Below are positions 1 through 9,756 of a DNA stretch of 55,123 bases, in pieces (position 1 is the stretch's first letter; every line of letters starts with the position of its first letter). A program made the position numbers and the translations under genes. The notes below the pieces were generated by a model. The model saw nothing but the letters and a program-made list of their open reading frames with translations, was not told the DNA's origin and searched no databases. Source of the stretch: a virus (Duplodnaviria; Caudoviricetes); IMG/VR virus record IMGVR_UViG_3300032737_000190, positions 1 through 55,123 of that record. One strand, 5' to 3'.

Positions 1-1
1 G

Positions 2-229
2 ATTTGCGCCGTTCACTTGAAGGATTCGGTACAATGGCAATCTGATCTTCAAACATTTAGACCGCTTGGTTTTGGCACTGTTGACTGGGGGCTTGTAAAA
101 GCATCCATGAAGCATTTGCCACATGATGTACATCTCATTGTTGAGCAAAGTTTCAATCGAAAGACATCATCAGATGATTTCCTTCGGTTGCTACACAGCT
201 CAGCAAAACACTTAACAGAAAGAGGCTAG
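2..229 (+). CDS. C-terminal part of sugar phosphate isomerase/epimerase (xylose isomerase-like TIM barrel), 5'-truncated by window
   Basis: Frame is open from base 2: ICAVHLKD...PLGFGTVDW...LIVEQ, the HxKD / LGxGxVDW / E pattern of this family. Confidence 0.7.
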   Translation: MCAVHLKDSVQWQSDLQTFRPLGFGTVDWGLVKASMKHLPHDVHLIVEQSFNRKTSSDDFLRLLHSSAKHLTERG

Positions 230-230
230 C

Positions 231-746
231 ATGACAAAACATGCAACCACATTTGGAGGATCTGAATTTGAAGAAGGTTCTTCCGAATACGAGGATAGCA
301 TCAAGATTGGGGAACATCTTGCCAAGTTAGGCTACGGTGTCCGCTGTGGCGGATACTATGGCCTAATGGAGGCTGTTGCCCGAGGCGTCGCTGAAGCTGG
401 TGGTCAATGTGAAGGTATTACCAATGCCTCATTTGACCCCAAGGATGCCAATCGTTTTGTTACGAGCGAGCGCAAAGGATGCGATCTGTTCGAGCGACTT
501 CGGTGGCTCATTCAGGACTCTGAGTTATTTGTTATCCAAAAAGGAAGCCTCGGCACCCTTGTGGAGCTGATGCTTGTCTGGTGTCTAAAGTACACCGATA
601 CCATGCCAAACATACGCATTTTCCTGATTGGTGAATGCTGGCATCCCGTAATCGAAGGATTGCGGGCGACGGCAATCAAGCCTGAATTCTTTTCGTTGAT
701 AACGATCTACGATTCTGTAGATCAATTTACCAGCGAAGTGGAATAA
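231..746 (+). CDS. LOG family (Rossmann-fold nucleotide-binding) protein
   Basis: GGYYGLMEAVARG, LFERL and GSLGTLVEL (PGGxGTxxE-like) motifs. Confidence 0.85.
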   Translation: MTKHATTFGGSEFEEGSSEYEDSIKIGEHLAKLGYGVRCGGYYGLMEAVARGVAEAGGQCEGITNASFDPKDANRFVTSERKGCDLFERLRWLIQDSELFVIQKGSLGTLVELMLVWCLKYTDTMPNIRIFLIGECWHPVIEGLRATAIKPEFFSLITIYDSVDQFTSEVE

Positions 747-807
747 GGTGATTACCATCAACCGTGTCGACATTTCTCCTGAGACGGAGCAAACTAGACC
801 GACTCAC

Positions 808-839
808 AGCTCCCATTCGAAAGGATGGGGGCTTTTTTT
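808..839 (+). terminator. Rho-independent terminator
   Basis: AGCTCCCATTC-GAAA-GGATGGGGGCT stem-loop (with G-U pairs) followed by a T-run, between convergent genes. Confidence 0.85.
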
Positions 840-1275
840 ATAATGCCAAACTATATGTAATGCCTTCCCATTCTTTATTCTCAAGCTTGGCAAAACCAAA
901 TTTTTCATACAGCTTTTGTGCCGGTGTATTTTCGTGTTCGGTTTGAACAACCAATCCCTGTAGCCCATTCTTTTTTGCAAATTCCACGGCAAAGGAAAGT
1001 AATTTCTTGCCAATGCCTCTCCCTTGAAAATTTGGGGAAACAAATACTTCTACAATTGTTAATTTATCGTTCCAGAGCGTTTCAGCAGATGCTAGGTAAC
1101 CAACAAACTGATCATCCTCTTCGAGGATTACTTGATAGGCATGCTTATTTTTTAGTTGGCTTTTCAGCCAATTGAGGTATTTTTCTGAGAACGAAAAATT
1201 TAGATCACCATAGCTTGCTTTTTGACTTGCTAATATATTTAGTTGAGCCGGATCCGTTACAAATACCATCTGCAT
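838..1275 (-). CDS. GNAT family N-acetyltransferase
   Basis: VFVSPNFQGRGIGKKLL (motif A) and NTPAQKLYEKFGF (motif B). Confidence 0.9.
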   Translation of the reverse strand: MQMVFVTDPAQLNILASQKASYGDLNFSFSEKYLNWLKSQLKNKHAYQVILEEDDQFVGYLASAETLWNDKLTIVEVFVSPNFQGRGIGKKLLSFAVEFAKKNGLQGLVVQTEHENTPAQKLYEKFGFAKLENKEWEGITYSLAL

Positions 1276-1374
1276 GTATTGATTATAGCAAAAGAAAAGT
1301 ACTTAAGCTGAAGTTCAGGTTTATATGTCAGCTAAATGACAAATCTCTAACAATAGGGTAATGTCTACTACTTT

Positions 1375-2187
1375 ATGGTTAACAACAGAAAAGAAGCGGC
1401 AAAGGCTCATAAGTTCCTTCTAAAGAAGGGTAACAAGAATGAGAAGAAGATTCGTAAGGAGTTCAAAAAACTGATCTTGTTTATAGAGAAAATAGAAGAG
1501 ATACACGGTCGAATGATTCTTTCACTCAGTAATTTACCTCCGAAAGATATTGCAGACGATTCGATAAGAGACTTGTATTGTGAGACCTTTGATGCGCTTT
1601 ACTCTGCGAAAGATTTGGTGCAGAAAGGCATACTGTCGATGCCATTGATTCTTATTAGAAACGCGTGGGAATCCACACTGCTTATTACGTACTTCACTCT
1701 GCATCCTGAGAAGGCAGAAGAATGGAGGAATGGTAAGGAAATAAGGCAAAAAGTTATTCGTGAAGCACACAAAAATCATCCTAAGGGTGGTAGCGAGGAA
1801 TCGCAAAAAGAGATGTATCATACGCTCTCCAAGGCAGTACATCCCGGTGCTGCAGGAAGAATCATAGTCCATCGTCTTTTGGGTTCTGGTAATCCTTATC
1901 CAATTGCAACAATAGGTTTTCCTGAACCTATTTCGATTCTTGAAAATCTAGACATGATTATTCGTCACTGGCTCTTCTTAAGGGCAAGCATTGAGATTTA
2001 CTTTGGTGATAGGCTTTTTGAGAATGATCAGGAGTTAAAAGAGGCAATGAAAGAAATTTCTGATGGTGAAGCAAATAAATTGAAACCTTGGCTATGGGAC
2101 AGGCACTCTAAAGAAGTAGAAAAATATGAGAGTGAATTGAATAAGAATATGGATTTCTTCGACGAAGAGTGGAATGTTGAGCCTTAA
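1375..2187 (+). CDS. Hypothetical protein, DUF5677-like
   Basis: 270-aa ORF with LIRNAWE...YF..HP...W and MYHTLSKAVHP pattern. Confidence 0.5.
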   Translation: MVNNRKEAAKAHKFLLKKGNKNEKKIRKEFKKLILFIEKIEEIHGRMILSLSNLPPKDIADDSIRDLYCETFDALYSAKDLVQKGILSMPLILIRNAWESTLLITYFTLHPEKAEEWRNGKEIRQKVIREAHKNHPKGGSEESQKEMYHTLSKAVHPGAAGRIIVHRLLGSGNPYPIATIGFPEPISILENLDMIIRHWLFLRASIEIYFGDRLFENDQELKEAMKEISDGEANKLKPWLWDRHSKEVEKYESELNKNMDFFDEEWNVEP

Positions 2188-2200
2188 AATAGATTTATTC

Positions 2201-3352
2201 TTAGAGCTCTACATCATCCGGAAACATTGATTCATGTCTCGCTGATTTAACCTTTGAAAGGTTAACTAACTTGCCCTTCTTTTTCATTCTACTCTTGGTG
2301 AGCTTCTGCAGCTCTTCTTCCGTCTCATATCCACGGATGCGTCCGCTGAGTAATCCGAGCCGATAGCTAACACCTTCAGCCAATGACCAGTTTTTGTTAT
2401 CCAATGCCTTCTCAATTGCCTTATCCAATGTTTTACGACTGTCGTAGTCTTCTCGTTTTTCCTCCGTATCTCTAACAGAGAACTCTACGATGATTTGCTG
2501 ACCGGGCGACGGCATTGTAATTTGTAGATCCGCGTAACCTATCTTCTTTGTTATTGCCTTCAGAAGCTTTTCTAACGAAGCGATGTTGATCTTCTTTGTA
2601 TCAGCAAGCTTGTCGTACAATTCCGTGTTGGCCTCCTGCTCCTTTGTTTGGCTCTCTATCTGCTTCATGGATTCCACCCAATGGCGATACCGCTGTCCTT
2701 GCTGGTCATTTAGGCAGAAACGCTGTTTATCGTACTCAAATCGTTTTATTTCTTCTGCTGTAGGGTCTTTCTTCTTACCAATGACGCTCTCTGTTTCCTC
2801 AATGTGACCGCAGTGTTTGCAGGTTTCAATGTAGTACCGCTTACCATTTTTCTTTTTCGTGTCAGTCTCCACTTCACGATTACATTTGATACAGAGAATG
2901 GGCTTACGAGGAACTTCTGTGCCATTCTCATAAACATCTTTTCCTTGCTTACAAGGTTTGCAGCACAGAAAGAACTCAATCCATTCCCGATCACTATCAA
3001 TATCAAAGTTTATGTGCTTATAAACACATTCCATCCTTTCCCCGCACGATGAACATGAAACAAGCGGTATTCGTGCATTCTCCAGCATCTCATCACTTCT
3101 TTGATCCTTCAATATCCATCGTTCGATTGATTCTTCTCGTTTCAAATATCGATCTCCGACAGTCTGGAAAAGAATCCAATCACTCGATAGGTCGTGACAC
3201 CATTGAATTTGTGCTGGAGAAAGCTGCTCTTCTGATCCTTGTTCTGATTTGGATATTGGACGCGGCTCTTCGTATCGGCGACACATTTCAACGGTATGGC
3301 GGTCGTACATATCTTCGTAATAGGGCCGATCTTTGAGATGCTGGTAAGTCAT
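2201..3352 (-). CDS. Hypothetical Zn-finger protein
   Basis: 383 aa with four CxxC pairs (CSSC, CKPC, CIKC, CKHC). Confidence 0.75.
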   Translation of the reverse strand: MTYQHLKDRPYYEDMYDRHTVEMCRRYEEPRPISKSEQGSEEQLSPAQIQWCHDLSSDWILFQTVGDRYLKREESIERWILKDQRSDEMLENARIPLVSCSSCGERMECVYKHINFDIDSDREWIEFFLCCKPCKQGKDVYENGTEVPRKPILCIKCNREVETDTKKKNGKRYYIETCKHCGHIEETESVIGKKKDPTAEEIKRFEYDKQRFCLNDQQGQRYRHWVESMKQIESQTKEQEANTELYDKLADTKKINIASLEKLLKAITKKIGYADLQITMPSPGQQIIVEFSVRDTEEKREDYDSRKTLDKAIEKALDNKNWSLAEGVSYRLGLLSGRIRGYETEEELQKLTKSRMKKKGKLVNLSKVKSARHESMFPDDVEL

Positions 3353-3362
3353 AGAACAGAAG

Positions 3363-4028
3363 TCATTTCATTTTCTTTAATTTTAATTCCCCCTCTATAA
3401 ATTCAATGTGCTCTAAGATCCCATAGCCCTTAAGATGAACATGTGGATCATTGTGTTTGTACCAAGGTTCGATGTGAACGGTGAATGTCCCATCGCCCGT
3501 TCCTTCGGTGTGAGAATAATTTTCAACCATCTTCTTTGGTGGTAGAAAATCTTTGTTTTCTTCGATCAGAAACAATAGAGCGTCTTCACGCTTTTCACGC
3601 TTCACGGTACGAGCTTTGATAAGATCTTCTTTTATCCAGCGTCGGAGTGTGGCGCGTCTGATATTGAAATCACTTTGCATGTCCCAGCACGAGTACCATG
3701 TATCAGTATCTTCAGCGCAGACAGCAGGAATCTCTCCACGATCAATGGCTCTTTGGCACTCAACGCATTTAACACCGTATTTGTCATACCACGTTTCTTC
3801 GTCGGAACATGAATCTCGGCAAATGGCACAGGTGTAGCCCTTTCCGCTGAGATGAAATCCCTTTGGGAATTTTTCTAGCTTCCGTTGTCTGTACTCCTCC
3901 TCTTTCTGAAATGGGAGCATGATTTCGTTGATTCGATGTATATTTTCAGCCATATCCATCGCATGATCCCAGTTGAATTCCTTACTGCGTGTTTGCATCT
4001 GTTGCCTGTTTTTCTGAATAGAATTCAT
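3363..4028 (-). CDS. Zn-finger plus MerR/excisionase-like HTH protein (paralog of 37244-37966)
   Basis: CAIC and CVEC pairs; FNIRRATLRRWIKEDLIKA resembles a MerR/Xis-type HTH. Confidence 0.7.
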   Translation of the reverse strand: MNSIQKNRQQMQTRSKEFNWDHAMDMAENIHRINEIMLPFQKEEEYRQRKLEKFPKGFHLSGKGYTCAICRDSCSDEETWYDKYGVKCVECQRAIDRGEIPAVCAEDTDTWYSCWDMQSDFNIRRATLRRWIKEDLIKARTVKREKREDALLFLIEENKDFLPPKKMVENYSHTEGTGDGTFTVHIEPWYKHNDPHVHLKGYGILEHIEFIEGELKLKKMK

Positions 4029-4088
4029 AACTTACAATTATACGAAACTTGGCATTGTAGTAAACCTTTTTCTTTGGTCCCTTGCATA

Positions 4089-5183
4089 TTACTTCGGCAT
4101 AAGCGAGTAAATCTTTCTCAGTTGCATCTGCAACTTGCTTCTGAGTTTGATATCTAACAGAGCTGAATCTAGAAGTTCAGGAATTGAATTTTTAGAGATA
4201 TTCCTGAAAGCGAGATGAAATTGCTTTTGCTTTAACAAATATAAATAACCCACCAAAACAAAGCGTGTGATCTTCGTGAAAAGCTCTGTGCTCCTAAATA
4301 GCTCTTTATATTTTTTTAGAAAGTCGGCGTGATCGACTGCTTCAATGACGGAGAAAGATGTTCCATGTATAAAGTTGTTTCTTTTCTTCGTAAGTCCTGC
4401 AATTTCATCATCTATGTCCACATTTTTCAAAACATTTCCAAGCATGAGAGTTATTCGCTTGCTTAACTTGTATGAAGCACCCGATCTTCCGTCGAAAGTT
4501 ATCAATGTTTCAAGAATGGTACAAAATTCGACGTATTCTTTATCATTGAGGTGATTTTTTCCTCGGCAGCTGTACTTCTTAAGTTGATCAAAGAGACAAC
4601 AAGCACGTGCTGCACGGTACTCCTCTTGCGATACGATTTTTTTCTTTCGGAGAATTTTGTATAAATCGTTCATACCTTGGCTGCCTGTTCCTGTGACTTC
4701 CAAACTCAATAAATTGTAAAATGTATAGTCCATCCTCGACAGTTCATTCAAAAACTTCACAAAATTCTGACTCTTAAAAGCCGGAGCTTGCTGTTGATCC
4801 TGCAAGGAAACTTTGAGTTCGCCATACGGGATATCGCTTGAGTGAAATCCCATATCGTTAACGATAAATATCGGATGCAGAAAATAAGGAGAGAATAAAT
4901 TGATCAGAAACAAGGCATTGTCCTCTAGGTACTGATCTGTAATTGGAAAGCGAATGTGATGGTTCACTTTCTTAGCCCAACTATTCGTCTTGATCTTTAT
5001 CAGAAGCCCCCAACTTGCTAATTCGTAGTAAGGTTTCCATGCTGCTTTTATTTTATTTATGTCATTTTCATGCGCTGACGTAATTCTGAAGTGGTGATCC
5101 TGAAGATAGCTCGCTTCTGTCATAGATGGATTTCTTGGTGCAATGGCGGTACTGATCTCTGAAATGAACTCATCAAACTTCAT
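4089..5183 (-). CDS. Apea-like HEPN domain protein (putative RNase toxin/defence)
   Basis: C-terminal ILETL...YKLSKRITLMLG...KKRNNFIHG with the RxxxxH motif; start moved to ATG at 5183 (MKFDEF). Confidence 0.75.
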   Translation of the reverse strand: MKFDEFISEISTAIAPRNPSMTEASYLQDHHFRITSAHENDINKIKAAWKPYYELASWGLLIKIKTNSWAKKVNHHIRFPITDQYLEDNALFLINLFSPYFLHPIFIVNDMGFHSSDIPYGELKVSLQDQQQAPAFKSQNFVKFLNELSRMDYTFYNLLSLEVTGTGSQGMNDLYKILRKKKIVSQEEYRAARACCLFDQLKKYSCRGKNHLNDKEYVEFCTILETLITFDGRSGASYKLSKRITLMLGNVLKNVDIDDEIAGLTKKRNNFIHGTSFSVIEAVDHADFLKKYKELFRSTELFTKITRFVLVGYLYLLKQKQFHLAFRNISKNSIPELLDSALLDIKLRSKLQMQLRKIYSLMPK

Positions 5184-5335
5184 CTTGCGCAAATTCCAGC
5201 ACTCAATACCGGTAGCAATGACATGCTTCTTTCGAAGTTGAGTGTTTTTATATCCTCTGAATACGAAGAAAAAGCATTGCTCCACATAAACAATTCTACC
5301 AACAGTATCACCGACATCCAACCTGAGCATTTTTG

Positions 5336-5365
5336 GACAACTCTTGACAACTCTTGACACCTTTT
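5336..5365. repeat. 10-bp tandem repeat upstream of core A
   Basis: GACAACTCTT GACAACTCTT GACACCTTTT. Confidence 0.75.
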
Positions 5366-5438
5366 GTGTGATATACAATCACAGGATTCAGAAACATGCG
5401 CAATGCGTTTTAGTTGAATGGAGAAATTGCCGAGGTTA

Positions 5439-5520
5439 ATGTGTTTTTGACTCGCAAGAGTCCACACATGGATCTGGAGAGTCATCCCATATCTATCTAG
5501 CAGGTGCCGCGCAAGCGGCA
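5439..5520 (+). other. Structured leader with two GCAA-tetraloop hairpins (possible cis-regulatory RNA)
   Basis: GACTC-GCAA-GAGTC (5449-5462) extended by ATGTGT/ACACAT, and TGCCGC-GCAA-GCGGCA (5505-5520). Confidence 0.45.
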
Positions 5521-5620
5521 TAACAAAGTATTCCACCACCGACTGCGCCCTCGACTAACAGATTCAATAAGAGGAACCGCAGACGGACACGGACTGCTTT
5601 TATTTCCTGTTACCACTTTC

Positions 5621-6934
5621 ATGCCTAAAGCTACTCAATCAAAATCGGCCGCGCAGAATATTCCTCTGTCACAGAAAATTACCATGGTACCTACGAAGGT
5701 ACTGAAGTGCGCTGAGTATAATCCTCGGAAACATGACGATGTTTCCAAAGAGCAACTCAAGGAAAGTTTTCGGCGATTTGGGGCAGTCGATCCCTTGATC
5801 GTCAATAGTTCTCCTAAACGCAAGAACATTATTATCGGCGGTCATTTCCGTAAGGAAGTCGCTGAAGAACTGGGCATTAAAGAATTGCCTGTTGTCTATG
5901 TTCACATTGCAGATATCGAGAAAGAACGAGAACTTAATCTCCGTCTCAACCGAAATACCGGAGAATGGGATCTTGAACTACTGAAGAAGTTTGATATCGA
6001 ACTTCTACTCGATGTTGGATTTGATGACAGTGATCTCTCAGATATCTGGGATGACATGCTGGGGACTGAGGATGATGAATTTGATGTCGAAGAGGAACTC
6101 GCAAAGATTGATAAGCCAAAGACCAAATTAGGCGATCTCTATCAGCTAGGATCACATCGCTTGCTGTGTGGCGATGCAACCGAAATGGATAACATTAGGA
6201 GGCTGTGTGGAGAACAGAAGATCAATATGGTCTACACGGATATTCCTTACAACATCAACCTAGACTACTCAAAGGGCATCGGAGGTAAGGGTAACTATGG
6301 CGGTACGACAGATGACCATAAAACTGACGATGTGTACCATGACTTTGTCAGCTCTATTATCAAAAGCGGTCTTTCGGTTGCAAGTGTAGACAGTCACTTC
6401 TTCGTGTGGTGCGACCAATCCTACGTTTGGCTGCTACAACAGTTATATCGAGAACATAGCATCACATATAAGCGCACATGTCTCTGGATTAAGAACGGTG
6501 CGAATGTAACGCCACAAGTGGCATTCAATAAGGCATACGAACCGTGTGTTTACGGAATAAGGGGCAAGCCTTATCTCAATACTAAGGCGACCAATTACCA
6601 TGAAGTACTCAACAAGGAGGTCGATTCTGGTAACCGTACCATCGATGACATCATGGATTTGATGGACGTGTGGCTCGTAAAGAGACTCGCTGGGAGCGAA
6701 TATTCACATCCCACTGAAAAGTCCCCAACATTACATGAAAAACCACTCAGACGCTGTACGCGCCCCAATGACATTGTGCTTGATATGACGGCGGGCTCAG
6801 GAAGCACATTGATTGCCTGCGAACAGATGAAACGTCGAGCTTTTCTCTGTGAGATAGAACCTATTTTTTGTGACCTGATCCTTCACAGGTACGAAGAACT
6901 CACAGGTACTAAAGCTATCCTTCTTCAATCATGA
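5621..6934 (+). CDS. ParB/Srx-domain DNA methyltransferase (N6/N4, beta class), core A
   Basis: N-terminal YNPRK...DPLIVN...IIGGHFR ParB motif; DIPY, HPTEK, DMTAGSGST; start at ATG 5621. Confidence 0.9.
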   Translation: MPKATQSKSAAQNIPLSQKITMVPTKVLKCAEYNPRKHDDVSKEQLKESFRRFGAVDPLIVNSSPKRKNIIIGGHFRKEVAEELGIKELPVVYVHIADIEKERELNLRLNRNTGEWDLELLKKFDIELLLDVGFDDSDLSDIWDDMLGTEDDEFDVEEELAKIDKPKTKLGDLYQLGSHRLLCGDATEMDNIRRLCGEQKINMVYTDIPYNINLDYSKGIGGKGNYGGTTDDHKTDDVYHDFVSSIIKSGLSVASVDSHFFVWCDQSYVWLLQQLYREHSITYKRTCLWIKNGANVTPQVAFNKAYEPCVYGIRGKPYLNTKATNYHEVLNKEVDSGNRTIDDIMDLMDVWLVKRLAGSEYSHPTEKSPTLHEKPLRRCTRPNDIVLDMTAGSGSTLIACEQMKRRAFLCEIEPIFCDLILHRYEELTGTKAILLQS

Positions 6935-7710
6935 GTAAAAGCACTATCAAATACGGCGATATGTTTCAGCTCGGGGCACACAAACTCCTGTGTGGCGACT
7001 GCTGTGATCTAAAACTTATCCAGCCCTTCCTTGGCTCCGACAGTATCTCTTTGCTACTTTCGGATCCTCCATACTCAATAAATTACGTTGCAGGCAAGAA
7101 AGGATTTACTCAATCGAAACAGGTGCACAAGAACATTCAGAATGATCATTTACAATCTGACGACGAGTACCGGAATTTCTCTCGGACTTGGATCGAAGCT
7201 GCACTCCCTTCGTTCGCGACGAAGAACGCAGTCTACATCTTCAACTCCGACAAAATGATGGTACCTCTGATCCTCGGAATGCGTGACGCTGGATGTCACT
7301 TTGCGCAGCTGCTCATCTGGGTAAAGACCGCAGCAGTTATCGGGAGATTGGACTACATTCCTCAGCATGAACTTCTGATTTATGGGTGGTACGGCAGACA
7401 TGCTTTCCAGAAATCCAAAGATAAAAGTGTGCTCGTGTGCCCAAAGACCAAGAAAAACTCGCTACACCCAACCATGAAACCCATCAGCCTTCTACGTCGT
7501 CTTATTCTCAATAGTAGCAAAGTTGGAGATATCATCTATGACCCATTCGGTGGTTCTGGTTCTACGTTGATTGCTGCAGAGCAGACGAAACGTAGGTGTG
7601 TGATGGTAGAGATAGATCCGCAGTACTGCCAAGTCATCATCGATCGCTTTGAGAAACTTACTGGAAAAAAGGCAAAAAAGATTTCGATACCTCAAATTAC
7701 CCATGTCTGA
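6931..7710 (+). CDS. DNA methyltransferase (N6/N4), core A
   Basis: DPPY, HPTMKP, DPFGGSGST; ATGA overlap with the upstream gene. Confidence 0.92.
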   Translation: MSKSTIKYGDMFQLGAHKLLCGDCCDLKLIQPFLGSDSISLLLSDPPYSINYVAGKKGFTQSKQVHKNIQNDHLQSDDEYRNFSRTWIEAALPSFATKNAVYIFNSDKMMVPLILGMRDAGCHFAQLLIWVKTAAVIGRLDYIPQHELLIYGWYGRHAFQKSKDKSVLVCPKTKKNSLHPTMKPISLLRRLILNSSKVGDIIYDPFGGSGSTLIAAEQTKRRCVMVEIDPQYCQVIIDRFEKLTGKKAKKISIPQITHV

Positions 7711-8203
7711 AGATACTACTCCAGCAAAGGCAGATAGTACGGTTGCAGCGAGACAGGCGCATCTGCGTACACAGCTCCTTGAACAATTCAAAAAGGTGCC
7801 CATCATTCATACTGCATGTGAAAAAGTCGGTGTTGCTCGCGCAACCTACTATCGCTGGAGAAAAGAAAATACTGAATTCTGCAGAGCTGCCGATGAGGCA
7901 CTCGATGATGGCAGGCTACTTATGAATGACATGGCTGAATCACAACTGCTCTCAGCCATTCGTGATCAAAACATGACTGCTATTATTTTCTGGCTCAAAA
8001 ACAGACACGTTGCCTATACGCCTCGGTTGCAAGTGACAGCCAAGACCGAGGTTGATGAAACATTAACGCCGGAGCAGGAAGAGACTATTCGAGAGGCACT
8101 TCGGCATGCTTCCTTACTTCCTTCACCATCTACTTATGACAATAATTCCGAAAAAGGATCAGGAAATCCTGAACCGAATGCTCAAGGAAAGACCAGTCCG
8201 TAA
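7703..8203 (+). CDS. HTH protein, terminase small subunit-like, core A
   Basis: ACEKVGVARATYYRWRKE HTH and AIIFWLKNR; directly upstream of and overlapping terL. Confidence 0.7.
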   Translation: MSEDTTPAKADSTVAARQAHLRTQLLEQFKKVPIIHTACEKVGVARATYYRWRKENTEFCRAADEALDDGRLLMNDMAESQLLSAIRDQNMTAIIFWLKNRHVAYTPRLQVTAKTEVDETLTPEQEETIREALRHASLLPSPSTYDNNSEKGSGNPEPNAQGKTSP

Positions 8204-9626
8204 AGCAGTGTGCAAACAGAACTTGTACTGGTATCTGCTCTTCTACTTTGCACACTACATTAAGTACTCGTTTGCAGAGTTCCATCATATTCTAATTCAC
8301 ATTTTGGAAGACAGATGCAAGCGATTGATAACGGTTGTAGCATTCCGTGGCTCTGGTAAATCAACCATTGTATCCCTCATTTATCTTCTCTGGGCCATCA
8401 TGGGTCGTGAGGAACGCAAATTCGTTCTTGTTGTTGGCAAAACACAAGAACAAGCTCGGCAACTACTACGAAACATCCGAACGGAATTAGAGACGAATAC
8501 CTTGTTACGAGGTGACCTAGGGCCATTCCACGAGGAAGAGGATGAATGGCGCAACATGTCCCTTGTGCTCTCGAACTATGGAGCACGTATTACTGCCATT
8601 TCTGTTGGACAAGGTATCCGAGGACTGCGCCATGGGCGTTACCGTCCTGATCTAATCCTCTGTGATGACATCGAAGATCTGGAGTCAGTAAAGACACGAG
8701 AGGCTCGTGATAAAACACACGAGTGGTACACAAGTGAGCTCGTGCCTGCTGGTGATAAAGGGACGCGCACGGTTGTTGTCGGAAACTACTTGCACGAAGA
8801 TTCCCTGACGCAAAGGCTAAGAATGCAATCAGAGAAATCTTCTCATACATCTTCATACATTCATTGTCCGTTGGTTGATGAAGATGGTATCTGTGCATGG
8901 ACAGGGAAATACCCGACAGCAGCAGATGTTGAAGAAGAACACCAACGTGTCGGAGATGAGAGAGCGTGGCATCGTGAATACTTGTTGCATATTCTCTCCA
9001 CCGATGAGCAGATTATTCAGCCAGAATGGATTGAGTACTACGATACGATTCCACCAATCGGACATCCAAAATTCAATGTCTCAGCAACGGGAGTGGATCT
9101 AGCCATTTCTAAAAATGATTCTGCAGACTTTACAGCAATGGTTTCGGCAATAGTTTTTGGTGAAGATCAGGATATGCGTGTGTACATCCTTCCAAATCCA
9201 CTGAATGAAAGACTGACATCATTAGAAACCGAAGATGCAGCGAAAAAACTCGCACAGAATATTGGTAAAGGAAAAGACGAGCACCATCTCTACATTGAAG
9301 ATGTTGCGTACCAAAAGGCAATGATTGAGCGATTGGAATATGATGGATATCGAGCAAAGGGCATAAAGGTTCACATGCAGGATAAGTCTGCAAGACTACG
9401 GATCAATAGCCATATGGTGCAGTCTGGCAAAGTACTTTTTCCAAAAAAAGGCGCAGAAAGACTCATTGAACAACTTGTGCATTTTGGCATGGAGAAGCAC
9501 GATGACCTTGCTGATGCATTTGCAATTCTCTTGGCTGGGATACAGGAGAACAAAACGAATTACATTAAAATCACTATCATTAGACCGACACGTCTAAGAG
9601 ATCAAATGAGAAGCTGGGGATATTAA
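8136..9626 (+). CDS. terL: Phage terminase large subunit-like protein, core A
   Basis: Walker A AFRGSGKST, Walker B LILCDDIED, RNase H-like nuclease GVDLA...DFTA and HDDLADA. Confidence 0.88.
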   Translation: MTIIPKKDQEILNRMLKERPVRKAVCKQNLYWYLLFYFAHYIKYSFAEFHHILIHILEDRCKRLITVVAFRGSGKSTIVSLIYLLWAIMGREERKFVLVVGKTQEQARQLLRNIRTELETNTLLRGDLGPFHEEEDEWRNMSLVLSNYGARITAISVGQGIRGLRHGRYRPDLILCDDIEDLESVKTREARDKTHEWYTSELVPAGDKGTRTVVVGNYLHEDSLTQRLRMQSEKSSHTSSYIHCPLVDEDGICAWTGKYPTAADVEEEHQRVGDERAWHREYLLHILSTDEQIIQPEWIEYYDTIPPIGHPKFNVSATGVDLAISKNDSADFTAMVSAIVFGEDQDMRVYILPNPLNERLTSLETEDAAKKLAQNIGKGKDEHHLYIEDVAYQKAMIERLEYDGYRAKGIKVHMQDKSARLRINSHMVQSGKVLFPKKGAERLIEQLVHFGMEKHDDLADAFAILLAGIQENKTNYIKITIIRPTRLRDQMRSWGY

Positions 9627-9643
9627 AGCGTTACAAGACTGGA

Positions 9644-9669
9644 TACCAGAGCATTTCGGTGCTCTGGTA
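9644..9669 (+). other. Perfect 10-bp hairpin between terL and recombinase
   Basis: TACCAGAGCA-TTTCGG-TGCTCTGGTA (UUCG-type loop); no U-tract follows. Confidence 0.6.
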
Positions 9670-9679
9670 GCTCTATTAA

Positions 9680-9729
9680 AGGGCAAGTGGGCTGGCTCTC
9701 GCACCGGCTCTCTGGCATTGCTTGTAGGT
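9680..9729 (+). promoter_or_regulatory. Conserved pre-recombinase motif (candidate att/recombinase-binding site or promoter)
   Basis: Aligns without gaps to 47101-47148: GGCA, GCTGGCTCTYGCA, GGCAT and TTGTAGGT at identical offsets. Confidence 0.55.
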
Positions 9730-9756
9730 GCATTCAGCACTTTCCCCCTATAACCA

